Origin: an uncultured bacterium
Lineage (GTDB): Bacteria > Patescibacteriota > Minisyncoccia > Phycocordibacterales > CAIRYW01
Length of the DNA stretch: 64,000 nucleotides
Reading direction: 5' to 3'
Assembly (NCBI GenBank): GCA_963766885.1
Contig: CAVYBO010000002.1
Location: 22,014-86,013 of the forward strand
A program made the translations under genes and the position numbers. This document shows positions 18,964 to 27,190 of the stretch, one piece after another (the first letter of the stretch is position 1; each line of letters opens with the position of its first letter). A model generated the notes under the pieces. That model saw only the letters and a list, made by a program, of their open reading frames with translations, searched no databases and was not told where the DNA came from.

Positions 18964-19045
18964 TCTTGGAGAATATAAAGGTTTTTCAGGAATTTGTATA
19001 AAAAATTCGCCCATTTCTGAGCGATGATACTTCTTGGTGTTTATA

Positions 19046-19300
19046 TCACCTTGTCCGATGTCTATAGTGCGTACTCCTGTAGGCTACTGTTACCACCCAG
19101 AGAACCAAAGCCGTGATCAACACAACGATGGGGATAGTGAGTACAGGATTAACCTTGAGGAAGTAACAGACGGTACATACCAGAGCCCAGATCACCAGGC
19201 CAAACGGCGTAGCGAACAAGATGAAACAACTGACACCTATGAAGAACCCAATGAGCACAAGTCTCATTGCTGCCTTGTAGGAAGGATTTTGAATGCTCAT
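19046..19300 (-). CDS. small hydrophobic protein (2 TM), GC-elevated, between the att-like repeats
   Basis: 84-aa ORF with two clear TM helices; it overlaps a + strand ORF of poorer composition. Confidence 0.3.
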   Translation of the reverse strand: MSIQNPSYKAAMRLVLIGFFIGVSCFILFATPFGLVIWALVCTVCYFLKVNPVLTIPIVVLITALVLWVVTVAYRSTHYRHRTR

Positions 19301-19363
19301 AAATTCTGACCAAATTTAATCATTATTTTAGGAAAAGTCAAATTATATAGATTGATTCCAATT

Positions 19364-19455
19364 TTATAAAAAATCCCATTAGGTTGCTTCAAAAAACCTT
19401 TGAAAAATATGGTTAGAAAAATCTATGACCCTACCGGGAATTGAACCCGGATTTA
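19364..19455. repeat. direct repeat copy B (abuts and overlaps the 3' half of tRNA-Glu)
   Basis: ttataaaaaatcccattaggttgcttcaaaaaacctttgaaaaatatggttagaaaaatctatgaccc followed by the intact tRNA. Confidence 0.5.
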
Positions 19456-19497
19456 AGCCTTGAGAAGGCTCCGTCCTAACCGTTAGACGATAGGGCC
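19426..19497 (-). tRNA. tRNA-Glu (anticodon CUC)
   Basis: Manual cloverleaf: acceptor GGCCCTA/TAGGGTC, D-stem GTCT/GGAC, anticodon stem GAGCC/GGCTT with loop TTCTCAA, T-arm CCGGG-TTCAATT-CCCGG, 72 nt, no encoded CCA. Confidence 0.85.
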
Positions 19498-19609
19498 AAG
19501 TCAAACAATTTTACACAAAATCAAAGAAAAATCTATTTTAGATGAAACTTTTTGGTATGTGATACGATATAAAAAAGAGGTCTTTTTATTAATTTAATTT
19601 TAAAAATAT

Positions 19610-20006
19610 ATGAATAATAACAAAGTTGTGCATTTTGAAATCGTGGCCGTGGATCCTCTGCGAGCCACTGATTTCTATACAAAGGTTTTTGGTTGGGAAA
19701 TTAAAAAGTGGGAAGAAGGAGAAATGGATTATTGGATGATTTAACACTACTCCGCAAAATACTCCAGGAGCAATCAACGGCGGTTTGCGAAAGGAAATGG
19801 GAACAGATCACAAAGAAATGACTAAATCTGTAAATGGCTTTGTGTCCATTGTGGCTGTGGATTCTATAGATGATATATTAGGAAAAATAGAAAAATTCGG
19901 CGGAAAAATTATGCAGCCAAAAATGAATGTTCCAAAAGTTGGCTGGCTTGCGTATTGTATGGACACAGAGGGAAATATGTTTGGGGTATTGCAGCCAGAG
20001 ATGTAG
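19610..20006 (+). pseudogene. glyoxalase/bleomycin-resistance (VOC) family protein interrupted by a 1-nt frameshift near 19739-19744
   Basis: N-half [31 protein letters not shown]...DYWMI* (frame 2) and C-half ...TTPQNTPGAINGGLRKEMG...VDSIDDILGKIEKFGGKI...GWLAYCMDTEGNMFGVLQ (frame 0); removing one T in gaTTTaac joins them. Confidence 0.55.
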
Positions 20007-20156
20007 TTATTTGTATATTTTTGGGAAACTATGAATTGAGGCGAGGATGTCTTTGGTTTTTTGGTATTGCTCGCCTAAATAAAAAGTCCAGAAGGGGATT
20101 ATAAAAATAAATAATATTGCCGCAATTAGTCTGGAATACCATGTGACCTTGTTCCA

Positions 20157-21308
20157 TTGGATTTTTCTCATAAAGAAATTATATCAAAGTTTCAAATAAT
20201 ATATACTATTGCTATGGCAATTTTTAGAAAGGAAGCTTTAAAGCATTTTTATGAAAAATACGAGCGGCATATTGGTTCGCTGACAATTATTATCGGATTC
20301 GTTTTTGATAATGTTGCCATCCGCCAGTCTGTAATTAACACCCAAACCCAAGTATTTTTGACTTATATTATTCTAGCGGGACTTTCAATTCTTATTTTGC
20401 ATTGGATAGAGGGTAAAGAGGGGAGAAAAGAAAATTACGCAACACTGCATTTTTGGATTTTTCTTTTGATGCAGTTTAGTATTGGAAGCTTGTTTAGCAT
20501 GTTCTTTGTTTTTTATTCTCGCGGTGTATCGATTGCAACTTCGTGGCCGTTTCTGCTTTTGCTTTTTGGAAATCTTGTCGGCAATGAATTATTTAAAAAG
20601 TATTATTCGCAATTAAGCTTGCAGGTTTCGCTTTATTTTATTGGTATTTTTTCTTTCTTTATTTATTTCATGCCGACAGTACTTCATGAAATGAGCGTAA
20701 GAGTTTTTATTTACAGCGGCATCACTAGTCTACTCACAGTTTTTGTTTTTATGCGTCTTCTGGAATTAATTTCAATCCAAAGAGTCAGGAAGTGGCGACC
20801 CAGGATTGCAATCGGTGTTTTGTTTGTATATTTGTTGATAAACGTTTTTTATTTTACAAACATCATTCCGCCTGTACCGCTTGTGATGAAAGAGGGTGGT
20901 GTCTATCATAATTTTTCTGTAAATAGCGAAGGGGATTATGTGGTTGAAGCGGAACAAAAATCATGGAGCAGTGTTTTTGATGAATATCCAATATATCATC
21001 GTGCTCCGAATGAAATAGTATATGTGGTTACCTCTGTTTTTGCTCCGGCACAATTGGATACAACTTTGATTCATGATTGGCAATATTTTGATCCTGTAAC
21101 AAAAAAGTGGCAGAGTGAAAGCAAAGTAAAAGTGCCTATTGTTGGCGGCCGGGAAGGCGGTTACAGATTTTATTCACTGAAACAAAGTATTACCTCTGGA
21201 AAATGGAGAGTGGATGTGGAGACAACTCAAGGACAAATTGTAGGACAAATAAAATTTGAAATTGTTGACAGCACTTCAACTCCGAGTTTGTCTAAAGTGG
21301 TGTATTAA
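20157..21308 (+). CDS. polytopic membrane protein with a C-terminal beta-rich extracytoplasmic domain (DUF2914-like?)
   Basis: 383 aa; about 8 TM helices then a 130-aa soluble domain (GKWRVDVETTQGQIVGQIKFEIV). Confidence 0.5.
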   Translation: MDFSHKEIISKFQIIYTIAMAIFRKEALKHFYEKYERHIGSLTIIIGFVFDNVAIRQSVINTQTQVFLTYIILAGLSILILHWIEGKEGRKENYATLHFWIFLLMQFSIGSLFSMFFVFYSRGVSIATSWPFLLLLFGNLVGNELFKKYYSQLSLQVSLYFIGIFSFFIYFMPTVLHEMSVRVFIYSGITSLLTVFVFMRLLELISIQRVRKWRPRIAIGVLFVYLLINVFYFTNIIPPVPLVMKEGGVYHNFSVNSEGDYVVEAEQKSWSSVFDEYPIYHRAPNEIVYVVTSVFAPAQLDTTLIHDWQYFDPVTKKWQSESKVKVPIVGGREGGYRFYSLKQSITSGKWRVDVETTQGQIVGQIKFEIVDSTSTPSLSKVVY

Positions 21309-21310
21309 AA

Positions 21311-21520
21311 TTAATGATAGTCCTGTTTATTATTCAATATGAAATAAGCTTGCTTTAATGCGTCTTCAAGTTCAATTGTTCCATTTGTAACATTTTCCTT
21401 CAATCTATTAAGTGTCGGAATTTCATGATCATTAAATCCTATAAGAGATATTTGTTGAGTAATCATTCCAATTTCTGCCAAAACCCCTTCTTTAGTTAGT
21501 TCTATTTTTATTTCTTCCAT
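21311..21520 (-). CDS. small hypothetical protein
   Basis: 69-aa ORF downstream of and co-oriented with the 21581-21925 ORF. Confidence 0.3.
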   Translation of the reverse strand: MEEIKIELTKEGVLAEIGMITQQISLIGFNDHEIPTLNRLKENVTNGTIELEDALKQAYFILNNKQDYH

Positions 21521-21580
21521 GATGTTAATTATATCAAATAAATTTTATAAAAAATTGAACCGTTGCTTTTCAACACGGTT

Positions 21581-21925
21581 CTAGTAATCATCCATATGGC
21601 CGGCAAGCCTAAAACTTCTTTGAAGCATAGCTTCGTGAGCGAGAGCGTAACCTCGTTGACGCGCTTTTTCGATCCTTGAGATTTCCTCCAAGAAATCCTT
21701 TTCATCTTGCATAACCTTACGTCTCTTTGAGATCTTGAATTGGGCGCGCCGATTCAGTTCCTTTGCAATGTCTCTAGCATTCACACCGTGTTCAGTGGCT
21801 ACCGTGTGTATTGCCAGTCTCATCTGGATTCCTTGATCGTTTACAAGGTCTCTGGCCAAGTTGGCAAGACTGCCTATTCTCGTGTTAATAAAGGGCATTG
21901 TTTTCTCCTGCCCATAATTATGCAA
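21581..21925 (-). CDS. hypothetical protein with a possible HTH
   Basis: 114 aa (likely start MPFINTR at 21898); HGVNARDIAKELNRRAQ helix-turn-helix-like segment. Confidence 0.35.
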   Translation of the reverse strand: MHNYGQEKTMPFINTRIGSLANLARDLVNDQGIQMRLAIHTVATEHGVNARDIAKELNRRAQFKISKRRKVMQDEKDFLEEISRIEKARQRGYALAHEAMLQRSFRLAGHMDDY

Positions 21926-21948
21926 TGAATATAGATTTTATTCAATAG

Positions 21949-22395
21949 CTAAAACATCCCATCCACGACGGCTTTGACATCTCCACCGTCCGCTTTGCCT
22001 TTGAGTTCTTTCATCAAGAGGCCGATAAGCATATTAGCTTTGGATTTGTCTGTAATCCCTAGCTCTGATTTTTTAGCTTCGGCGATTTTTTTGATTTCCT
22101 CAACACCCATCATTTGGGGAAGTAGAGGTTCAAGTATCGAAAGTTCCTTTTTTTCATTTTCTGCAAGCTCCAGGCGGCCGCCTTTTTGGAATTGTTCTAT
22201 TGAATCCTTGCGTTGTTTGGAAAGACGTCTAATAACAGCGATGCAATCTTCGTCTGGAAGCGTGTCTTGAGGAGTTTTGCCTTTGGCAACAAGTTCGTTG
22301 GTAAGCGCAGTGGAAATACCTCTGTAGACGTTTAAAGCGACTTCATCTCGAGCTTTCATAGATTCTTTAATTTTTTCTCTAATTTCATTTTGCAT
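21949..22395 (-). CDS. yqeY: GatB/YqeY domain protein
   Basis: 148 aa; MQNEIREKIKESMKARDEVALNVYRGISTAL typical YqeY. Confidence 0.8.
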   Translation of the reverse strand: MQNEIREKIKESMKARDEVALNVYRGISTALTNELVAKGKTPQDTLPDEDCIAVIRRLSKQRKDSIEQFQKGGRLELAENEKKELSILEPLLPQMMGVEEIKKIAEAKKSELGITDKSKANMLIGLLMKELKGKADGGDVKAVVDGMF

Positions 22396-22409
22396 ACTAT
22401 AATACTAAC

Positions 22410-23468
22410 ATGAATACAGAGACAATTTTAATCATTATTTTTGCGATAGCAATACTTGTTGTACAAATAATTTCTCTTGTTAAATCAGGTAAAAAACAAG
22501 AAATCAAAACTGATAATACGAGTATGAATTTGCTTTTAAATCAGATAAATGAGCTTTCACGAACAATGGATTCAAAGCTCGGCGCATCTGCCAAAGAAAT
22601 GAATGAATCTGTCAGGCATCAATTTAGCGAATCGCAAAAATTAATCCGTGATATTACAAACGAGCTTGCACAAGTCAAAGAAACTGGCAAACAGGTTGTG
22701 TCTTTTACAGACCAACTGCAAAGCTTGCAAGATATTTTAAAAAATCCAAAGCAGCGCGGAGTTTTGGGAGAATATTATTTAGAGACGCTCTTAAAAAATG
22801 TGTTGCCGCCAGGAAGCTTTCAGATGCAGTATGAATTCAAAGACGGCACGATTGTGGATGCTGTGGTTTTTGTCAGAGATAAAGTTATACCGATCGATTC
22901 AAAGTTTTCTTTGGAAAATTACAATCGTCTTGTGGAGGAAAGGGATCCAGAGCGAAAAAAGCAGCTTGAGAAGAATTTTGAAAACGATTTGAAAAACAGA
23001 ATCGTTGAGACCTCAAAATACATAAAGCCGAACGAAGAAACAATGGAGTTTGCTTTTATGTTTATTCCTCACGAGGCGATTTATTACGATCTTATTACAA
23101 ACAAAATTAACGCTCAAAGCGAAGATGCAGAAAATTTGATTCAGCGTGCGGCAGGGAAGTACAAGGTAATAATTGTTTCGCCAACTTCATTTTTGGCGTA
23201 TTTGCAGACAGTACTTCAAGGTCTTAAGGCTTTGAAAATTGAAGAATCAGCCAAAGAAATCCGCAAAAACGTAGAAACTTTGGAAAAGCATTTGAGCGGC
23301 TATGCTGAATATCACAACAAACTTGGCAATGCTTTGAGCACCACTGTGAATCATTTCACTACTTCAAGCAAGCAATTCAGAATGATTGATAAAGACTTGA
23401 TGAGAATTACTGGAATCGACTCTGAGGTTGATTTGATTGAAGTGGAAAAGCCGATGTTGGAGGAGTAA
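22410..23468 (+). CDS. rmuC: DNA recombination protein RmuC
   Basis: 352 aa; N-terminal TM plus coiled coil, C-terminal RmuC nuclease-like domain (QRGVLGEYYLETLL...). Confidence 0.8.
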   Translation: MNTETILIIIFAIAILVVQIISLVKSGKKQEIKTDNTSMNLLLNQINELSRTMDSKLGASAKEMNESVRHQFSESQKLIRDITNELAQVKETGKQVVSFTDQLQSLQDILKNPKQRGVLGEYYLETLLKNVLPPGSFQMQYEFKDGTIVDAVVFVRDKVIPIDSKFSLENYNRLVEERDPERKKQLEKNFENDLKNRIVETSKYIKPNEETMEFAFMFIPHEAIYYDLITNKINAQSEDAENLIQRAAGKYKVIIVSPTSFLAYLQTVLQGLKALKIEESAKEIRKNVETLEKHLSGYAEYHNKLGNALSTTVNHFTTSSKQFRMIDKDLMRITGIDSEVDLIEVEKPMLEE

Positions 23469-24080
23469 TTGCTTTTGAAATTTTGCTTTGTTAAGCTTGG
23501 CAAAGTTATGTTCAATAAAGCCATTATTATTCTTGAAGTAAAGCCGTTTCCGCCCAGAGCTCCAGCTGATTATGTTCCCCAAAGAACCTGGGAAGAGCTA
23601 CTTGAAATTGCTGCTCAGCACGGTGATTGGATTTCGATCCAAACGCATCGATGGTTTCGGGGCAGTTTCGATCTCATCTCGCGGGCGAGAAGTCTGACTG
23701 ACAAACCGATTTTGGCCAAAGGCTGGCACACCGACGATGAGGTGGAGCAACTGATTGAAATAGGAGCAACCAATGTTCTCGTGATCAACAGGATTCCGCA
23801 TACCAGATACAACAGTCAGTGCTTGATCGAGCCATATTACCGTGAAGAGTTCTTGAGGATTCCGCCGGAATTCAAAATGGTATGGAATTCCAGAGATCTC
23901 TTTGCTCTGGAAAATCAACTACCTCAAGGTGTGAAGGAAGATTTCTCAATCATCCGAGATCTGCGTCCAGATGTCTGGCTCTGCCAAGCGTCCAACATCA
24001 AGAAAGTGACAGATATCCATCCTGAGGCCAATGCGGCGCTGATTGGGACGAATCTCGAGGAATTTGTGGCTTCGCTTTGA
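23469..24080 (+). CDS. indole-3-glycerol-phosphate synthase (TrpC)-like TIM-barrel protein, N-terminally short, GC-rich; possibly a remnant
   Basis: IILEVKPFPP, PILAKGWHTDDEVEQLIEIGATNVLVI, WNSRDLFAL resemble TrpC motifs (IIAEVKKASP / PxLxKDFIxDxYQIxEAxxxGADxVLLI / GINNRDL); only 203 aa; GC about 50%. Confidence 0.4.
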   Translation: MLLKFCFVKLGKVMFNKAIIILEVKPFPPRAPADYVPQRTWEELLEIAAQHGDWISIQTHRWFRGSFDLISRARSLTDKPILAKGWHTDDEVEQLIEIGATNVLVINRIPHTRYNSQCLIEPYYREEFLRIPPEFKMVWNSRDLFALENQLPQGVKEDFSIIRDLRPDVWLCQASNIKKVTDIHPEANAALIGTNLEEFVASL

Positions 24081-24118
24081 GGGCAAAACCTGATGAAATC
24101 CATCGGGTATTTTATTAC

Positions 24119-24146
24119 TTGCAATTCTTTAAAAAATAGCTAATAT
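24119..24146 (+). promoter_or_regulatory. putative sigma70-type promoter for rplU (TTGCAA-16-TAATAT)
   Basis: -35 TTGCAA at 24119-24124, -10 TAATAT at 24141-24146, about 10 nt before the rplU ATG. Confidence 0.3.
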
Positions 24147-24156
24147 ATAGCCTACA

Positions 24157-24537
24157 ATGCCTACAAAAACAGCCAAACAGCCGAAAAAAGAAGCAAAAAC
24201 TAAGCAGGATTCAACTGTAAGTGAATTTGCTGTTATCGAGACTGGCGGCAAACAATACAAGGTTTCTCCTGGAGAAAGTATCAAAATTGAAATAATCAAA
24301 GGCGAGCACAAAGAAGGTGAAAAAATTACTTTTGACAAAGTGCTTTTGGTTGATGATGGATCCAATACAACAATCGGTATGCCATACATTGACGGAGCGA
24401 GCGTTGTTGGTGAAATCTCAAAGATCGGAAGACATCCTAAAGTAATTGTTATGAAATACAAAGCCAAGAGCAATCGTCTCAAAAAGAACGGACACAAACA
24501 GCCTTATTTTGAAGTAAAGATTCAGTCTATACAATAA
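24157..24537 (+). CDS. rplU: 50S ribosomal protein L21 (with a Lys-rich N-terminal extension)
   Basis: AVIETGGKQYKVSPGESIKIE...FDKVLLV...GHKQPYFEVKI. Confidence 0.85.
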   Translation: MPTKTAKQPKKEAKTKQDSTVSEFAVIETGGKQYKVSPGESIKIEIIKGEHKEGEKITFDKVLLVDDGSNTTIGMPYIDGASVVGEISKIGRHPKVIVMKYKAKSNRLKKNGHKQPYFEVKIQSIQ

Positions 24538-24540
24538 TAG

Positions 24541-24660
24541 TGCAAAATAAAAAATAGTTCTCTCAATAAGCACGGAATTTTTTCTGCTGAAAAAATTCCT
24601 CGCTTCCGGCGCCAGTCGCGCCTCCAGAGTCTTTTCTCGAGAACTATTTTTTATTTTGCA
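24541..24660. repeat. 22-bp perfect inverted repeat (24541-24562 / 24639-24660) enclosing nested hairpins between convergent rplU and recR
   Basis: tgcaaaataaaaaatagttctc ... gagaactattttttattttgca; inner 10-bp hairpin ggaatttttt-ctgctg-aaaaaattcc and ggcgc-cagtc-gcgcc; the right arm overlaps the last recR codons. Confidence 0.6.
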
Positions 24661-25246
24661 GTGCTGCTTTTATAGTTTCTTTATCCACGTATTCAATCTC
24701 CGTGCCTGTAGAAATTCCGCGGCCAAGTTCGGAAATTGGAATATTAAATTCCTTCAGTTCATTTTTTATATATTCAGCAGTGTTTTCTCCTTCAGTAGTA
24801 GCGCTGAGGCCCAAAATAATTTCTTTGATTTCTTCTGGCTTAGATTTTTTGATTCTGCTTTTCAGTTCGTTGATTCTAATTTTTCTCTCTGGATTCTTTT
24901 CTAAAATAGGGAGCAATCCGCCAAGGACAAAATACTTGCCTTTAAATACTCCGCTTTTTTCTATCATCTGAAAATCTGTATCTTTCCCGACAATCATTAT
25001 TAAGTTTTCTCTTTCATTATTTGAACAAATTTCGCAAACACCTGAAGAATTATTTTTTTTGACTAAATATCGGAAACAAAATTGGCATTGTGCCGAGTTT
25101 TGAATTAATTCTTTTAGAAGTATTGATAATTCTTCAGAGTATCCTTTTGGTTTTGATACTAGAAAATAAACAAAGCGTCTGGCTTGGCGAGGTCCAATGC
25201 CTGGGAATTCTTCAAATATTTTTACAAGTTTATCAAAAGCATCCAT
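24644..25246 (-). CDS. recR: recombination protein RecR
   Basis: 200 aa; C4 zinc finger (CQFC...CEIC), Toprim domain. Confidence 0.9.
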   Translation of the reverse strand: MDAFDKLVKIFEEFPGIGPRQARRFVYFLVSKPKGYSEELSILLKELIQNSAQCQFCFRYLVKKNNSSGVCEICSNNERENLIMIVGKDTDFQMIEKSGVFKGKYFVLGGLLPILEKNPERKIRINELKSRIKKSKPEEIKEIILGLSATTEGENTAEYIKNELKEFNIPISELGRGISTGTEIEYVDKETIKAALQNKK

Positions 25247-25260
25247 AACTGCTCTATATT

Positions 25261-26652
25261 TTAAAAGGCATCATCTTGCAAAAAGTCTCCGATATTTGAC
25301 CTGTCAACATTTAGGAAGGTTGTTCGCTCTTCATCAAAGAATAAATCAATGCTTCCAACAGGGCCGTTTCGGTGTTTGTCGATATGGATTTGAGCGATAT
25401 TTTTTTTGTCGGAATCTTCGCGATATTTGTCTTCGCGATGAATAAACATAACCACGTCAGCATCCTGTTCTATAGATCCAGAATCTCTAAGGTCAGAGAG
25501 TTTTGGCCGACCGCTGCCGCCACGTTGTTCTACAGCTCGGGATAACTGTGAAAGAGCTAAAACAGGAACTTCAAGTTCACGGGCCAAGTGTTTGAGAGAT
25601 CTAGAAATTTCAGTCACTTGTTGAACCAAGTTGTCGTTATTTTTGGTTGAAACTGGTGTCATGAGCTGAAGATAATCAACAATAATCAAACCCAGACCTT
25701 TTTCACGCTTCAGGCGCCTGCCGATTGAGCGCATCTTCAAAGAATTTATTCCTGGCTCATCGTCAATATAAATCGGTGCTTTGGAAAGTCTCTCAAGAGA
25801 ATTTCTAATATTGTCAAAATCTTTGTCCGCTGAAAGTTTGCCAGTGCGGAGTTTCCAAGCATTTACTTTTGAATCTGCGGCAAGCATTCTATCTACCAAT
25901 TGTCCGGAGCTCATTTCCAAAGAAAATATTCCAACAGGAATATTGTGATTAACCGCAGCTTGGCGGGCAATGTCTAGTGCCAAAGCGGTTTTACCCATCG
26001 AAGGACGGGCCGCAAGAATGACTAAGTCTGATTTCTGAAGTCCGGAAAGCATATTATCCAAATCTCTGAAACCAGTTGGAATTCCGCGTAATGCTCCGCC
26101 TGCGTTGTGCAGATTTTCAAGCCGCTCCCAAGCTTCACCAAGAGTATCTTTTATATCAATAAATTTTCTTGAACTTCCGGATGTTGCGATTTCAAAAACT
26201 TCCTTTTCGGCTTTATCAATAATCATTTCAATTTCTTCTTCGGAAGTGTAACCCATCAAGCTGATTTTTTCTGCGGCTTCAATTAATCTGCGAAGCAGAT
26301 ATTTCTGGCGCACAAGCTCGCCGTAATAGATTGCGTTTGCAGTGGACGGCACACTCTGGACCATTTCTGTTAGATAGCTTTTGCCGCCGACAGAGTGCAA
26401 AGTCTCTTTGCTTTCAAGTTTGGTTGAAAGGGAGAGTAAATCAATTGGTTCATTTTTGGAAAATAATTCTTGCATGGAGGCAAAAATCATTCTGTGTTTT
26501 TCTGAATAAAAAGAATCTTTGTTTACAATGTCCGCAATGTCATACATCACATCAGGACGAAGCATTATGGATCCAAGGAGTGCCATCTCGCTTTCAATAT
26601 GCTGCGGCGGAATTTTTAATGTCTCTCTTTTAATAGTTGTTTTGGTCGCCAT
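25261..26652 (-). CDS. dnaB: replicative DNA helicase DnaB
   Basis: 463 aa; Walker A ARPSMGKTALAL, DnaB N- and C-terminal domains. Confidence 0.9.
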   Translation of the reverse strand: MATKTTIKRETLKIPPQHIESEMALLGSIMLRPDVMYDIADIVNKDSFYSEKHRMIFASMQELFSKNEPIDLLSLSTKLESKETLHSVGGKSYLTEMVQSVPSTANAIYYGELVRQKYLLRRLIEAAEKISLMGYTSEEEIEMIIDKAEKEVFEIATSGSSRKFIDIKDTLGEAWERLENLHNAGGALRGIPTGFRDLDNMLSGLQKSDLVILAARPSMGKTALALDIARQAAVNHNIPVGIFSLEMSSGQLVDRMLAADSKVNAWKLRTGKLSADKDFDNIRNSLERLSKAPIYIDDEPGINSLKMRSIGRRLKREKGLGLIIVDYLQLMTPVSTKNNDNLVQQVTEISRSLKHLARELEVPVLALSQLSRAVEQRGGSGRPKLSDLRDSGSIEQDADVVMFIHREDKYREDSDKKNIAQIHIDKHRNGPVGSIDLFFDEERTTFLNVDRSNIGDFLQDDAF

Positions 26653-26727
26653 GTAAAACTATTCTATCAGTCTCAAAATAATAAAAAAGCTTGAAAAAGG
26701 GGAATAGGTGTGTGTAATGTGGGGAGA

Positions 26728-26790
26728 ACAAATTTTTATTAAAAACAGGCCACCATCGCCTCTGTGGGATGGTGGCCTTCTGTTGTTTTT
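26728..26790. terminator. bidirectional intrinsic terminator hairpin
   Basis: ggccaccatc-gcctctgtgg-gatggtggcc (10-bp stem) with T-runs on both strands. Confidence 0.5.
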
Positions 26791-27190
26791 GGTTCGGTTC
26801 GAGCCCTGGTTTTTGGTCGCCTTGTGGAAACCAATCAGCAGGGTAGTTCGCCGTGCTAAAGAACCTTTCTATCACTTCTCGCGTCTGTTTGGTGATTAGC
26901 CAACAACACGTGTGCGCAATTTGTTTATTCGGTTTGCGATTACCGCCGGATTCACGTCTGCGATTGCTCGCATTTGTTATTCTGACACTTGCCCTAACGC
27001 AAGTTCCTCTCAGCCGAGTGTGCTTTTACATTTATATCCCTGCCCGCGTCGGTTTATCCAGGCCTCCAGCCTCCCCGGAGGGTTTAAGAGTAAGAGCGGT
27101 TTTGGGCGGCAGCTGCCTGATTCCGATGTCAGACTCGGTCTATCAGATCTGCTTGGCTGCCGGGCCGATGGGATCACCCCATCATAATTA
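26790..27190 (-). ncRNA. candidate structured ncRNA: GC-rich (about 52%) ORF-free region bounded by a terminator; strand and identity unresolved
   Basis: No protein-like ORF (the ORFs here are Cys/Arg/Ser-rich shadows); GC-rich helices; weak similarity to RNase P CR-II/III and CR-V on the + strand and to the 4.5S motif GCAGCCAAGGCAGAU on the - strand; none conclusive. Confidence 0.3.

Noticed and set aside
19034-19309. ORF 19034..19309 (+) as the coding frame between the att-like repeats
   Set aside because: Acidic low-complexity translation. The opposite-strand 19046..19300 ORF gives a clean two-TM membrane protein and is preferred, though even that is low confidence.
20039-20076. Hairpin aggcgag...ctcgcct downstream of the VOC gene as a terminator
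   Set aside because: 24-nt loop and no following T-run on either strand; not a convincing intrinsic terminator.
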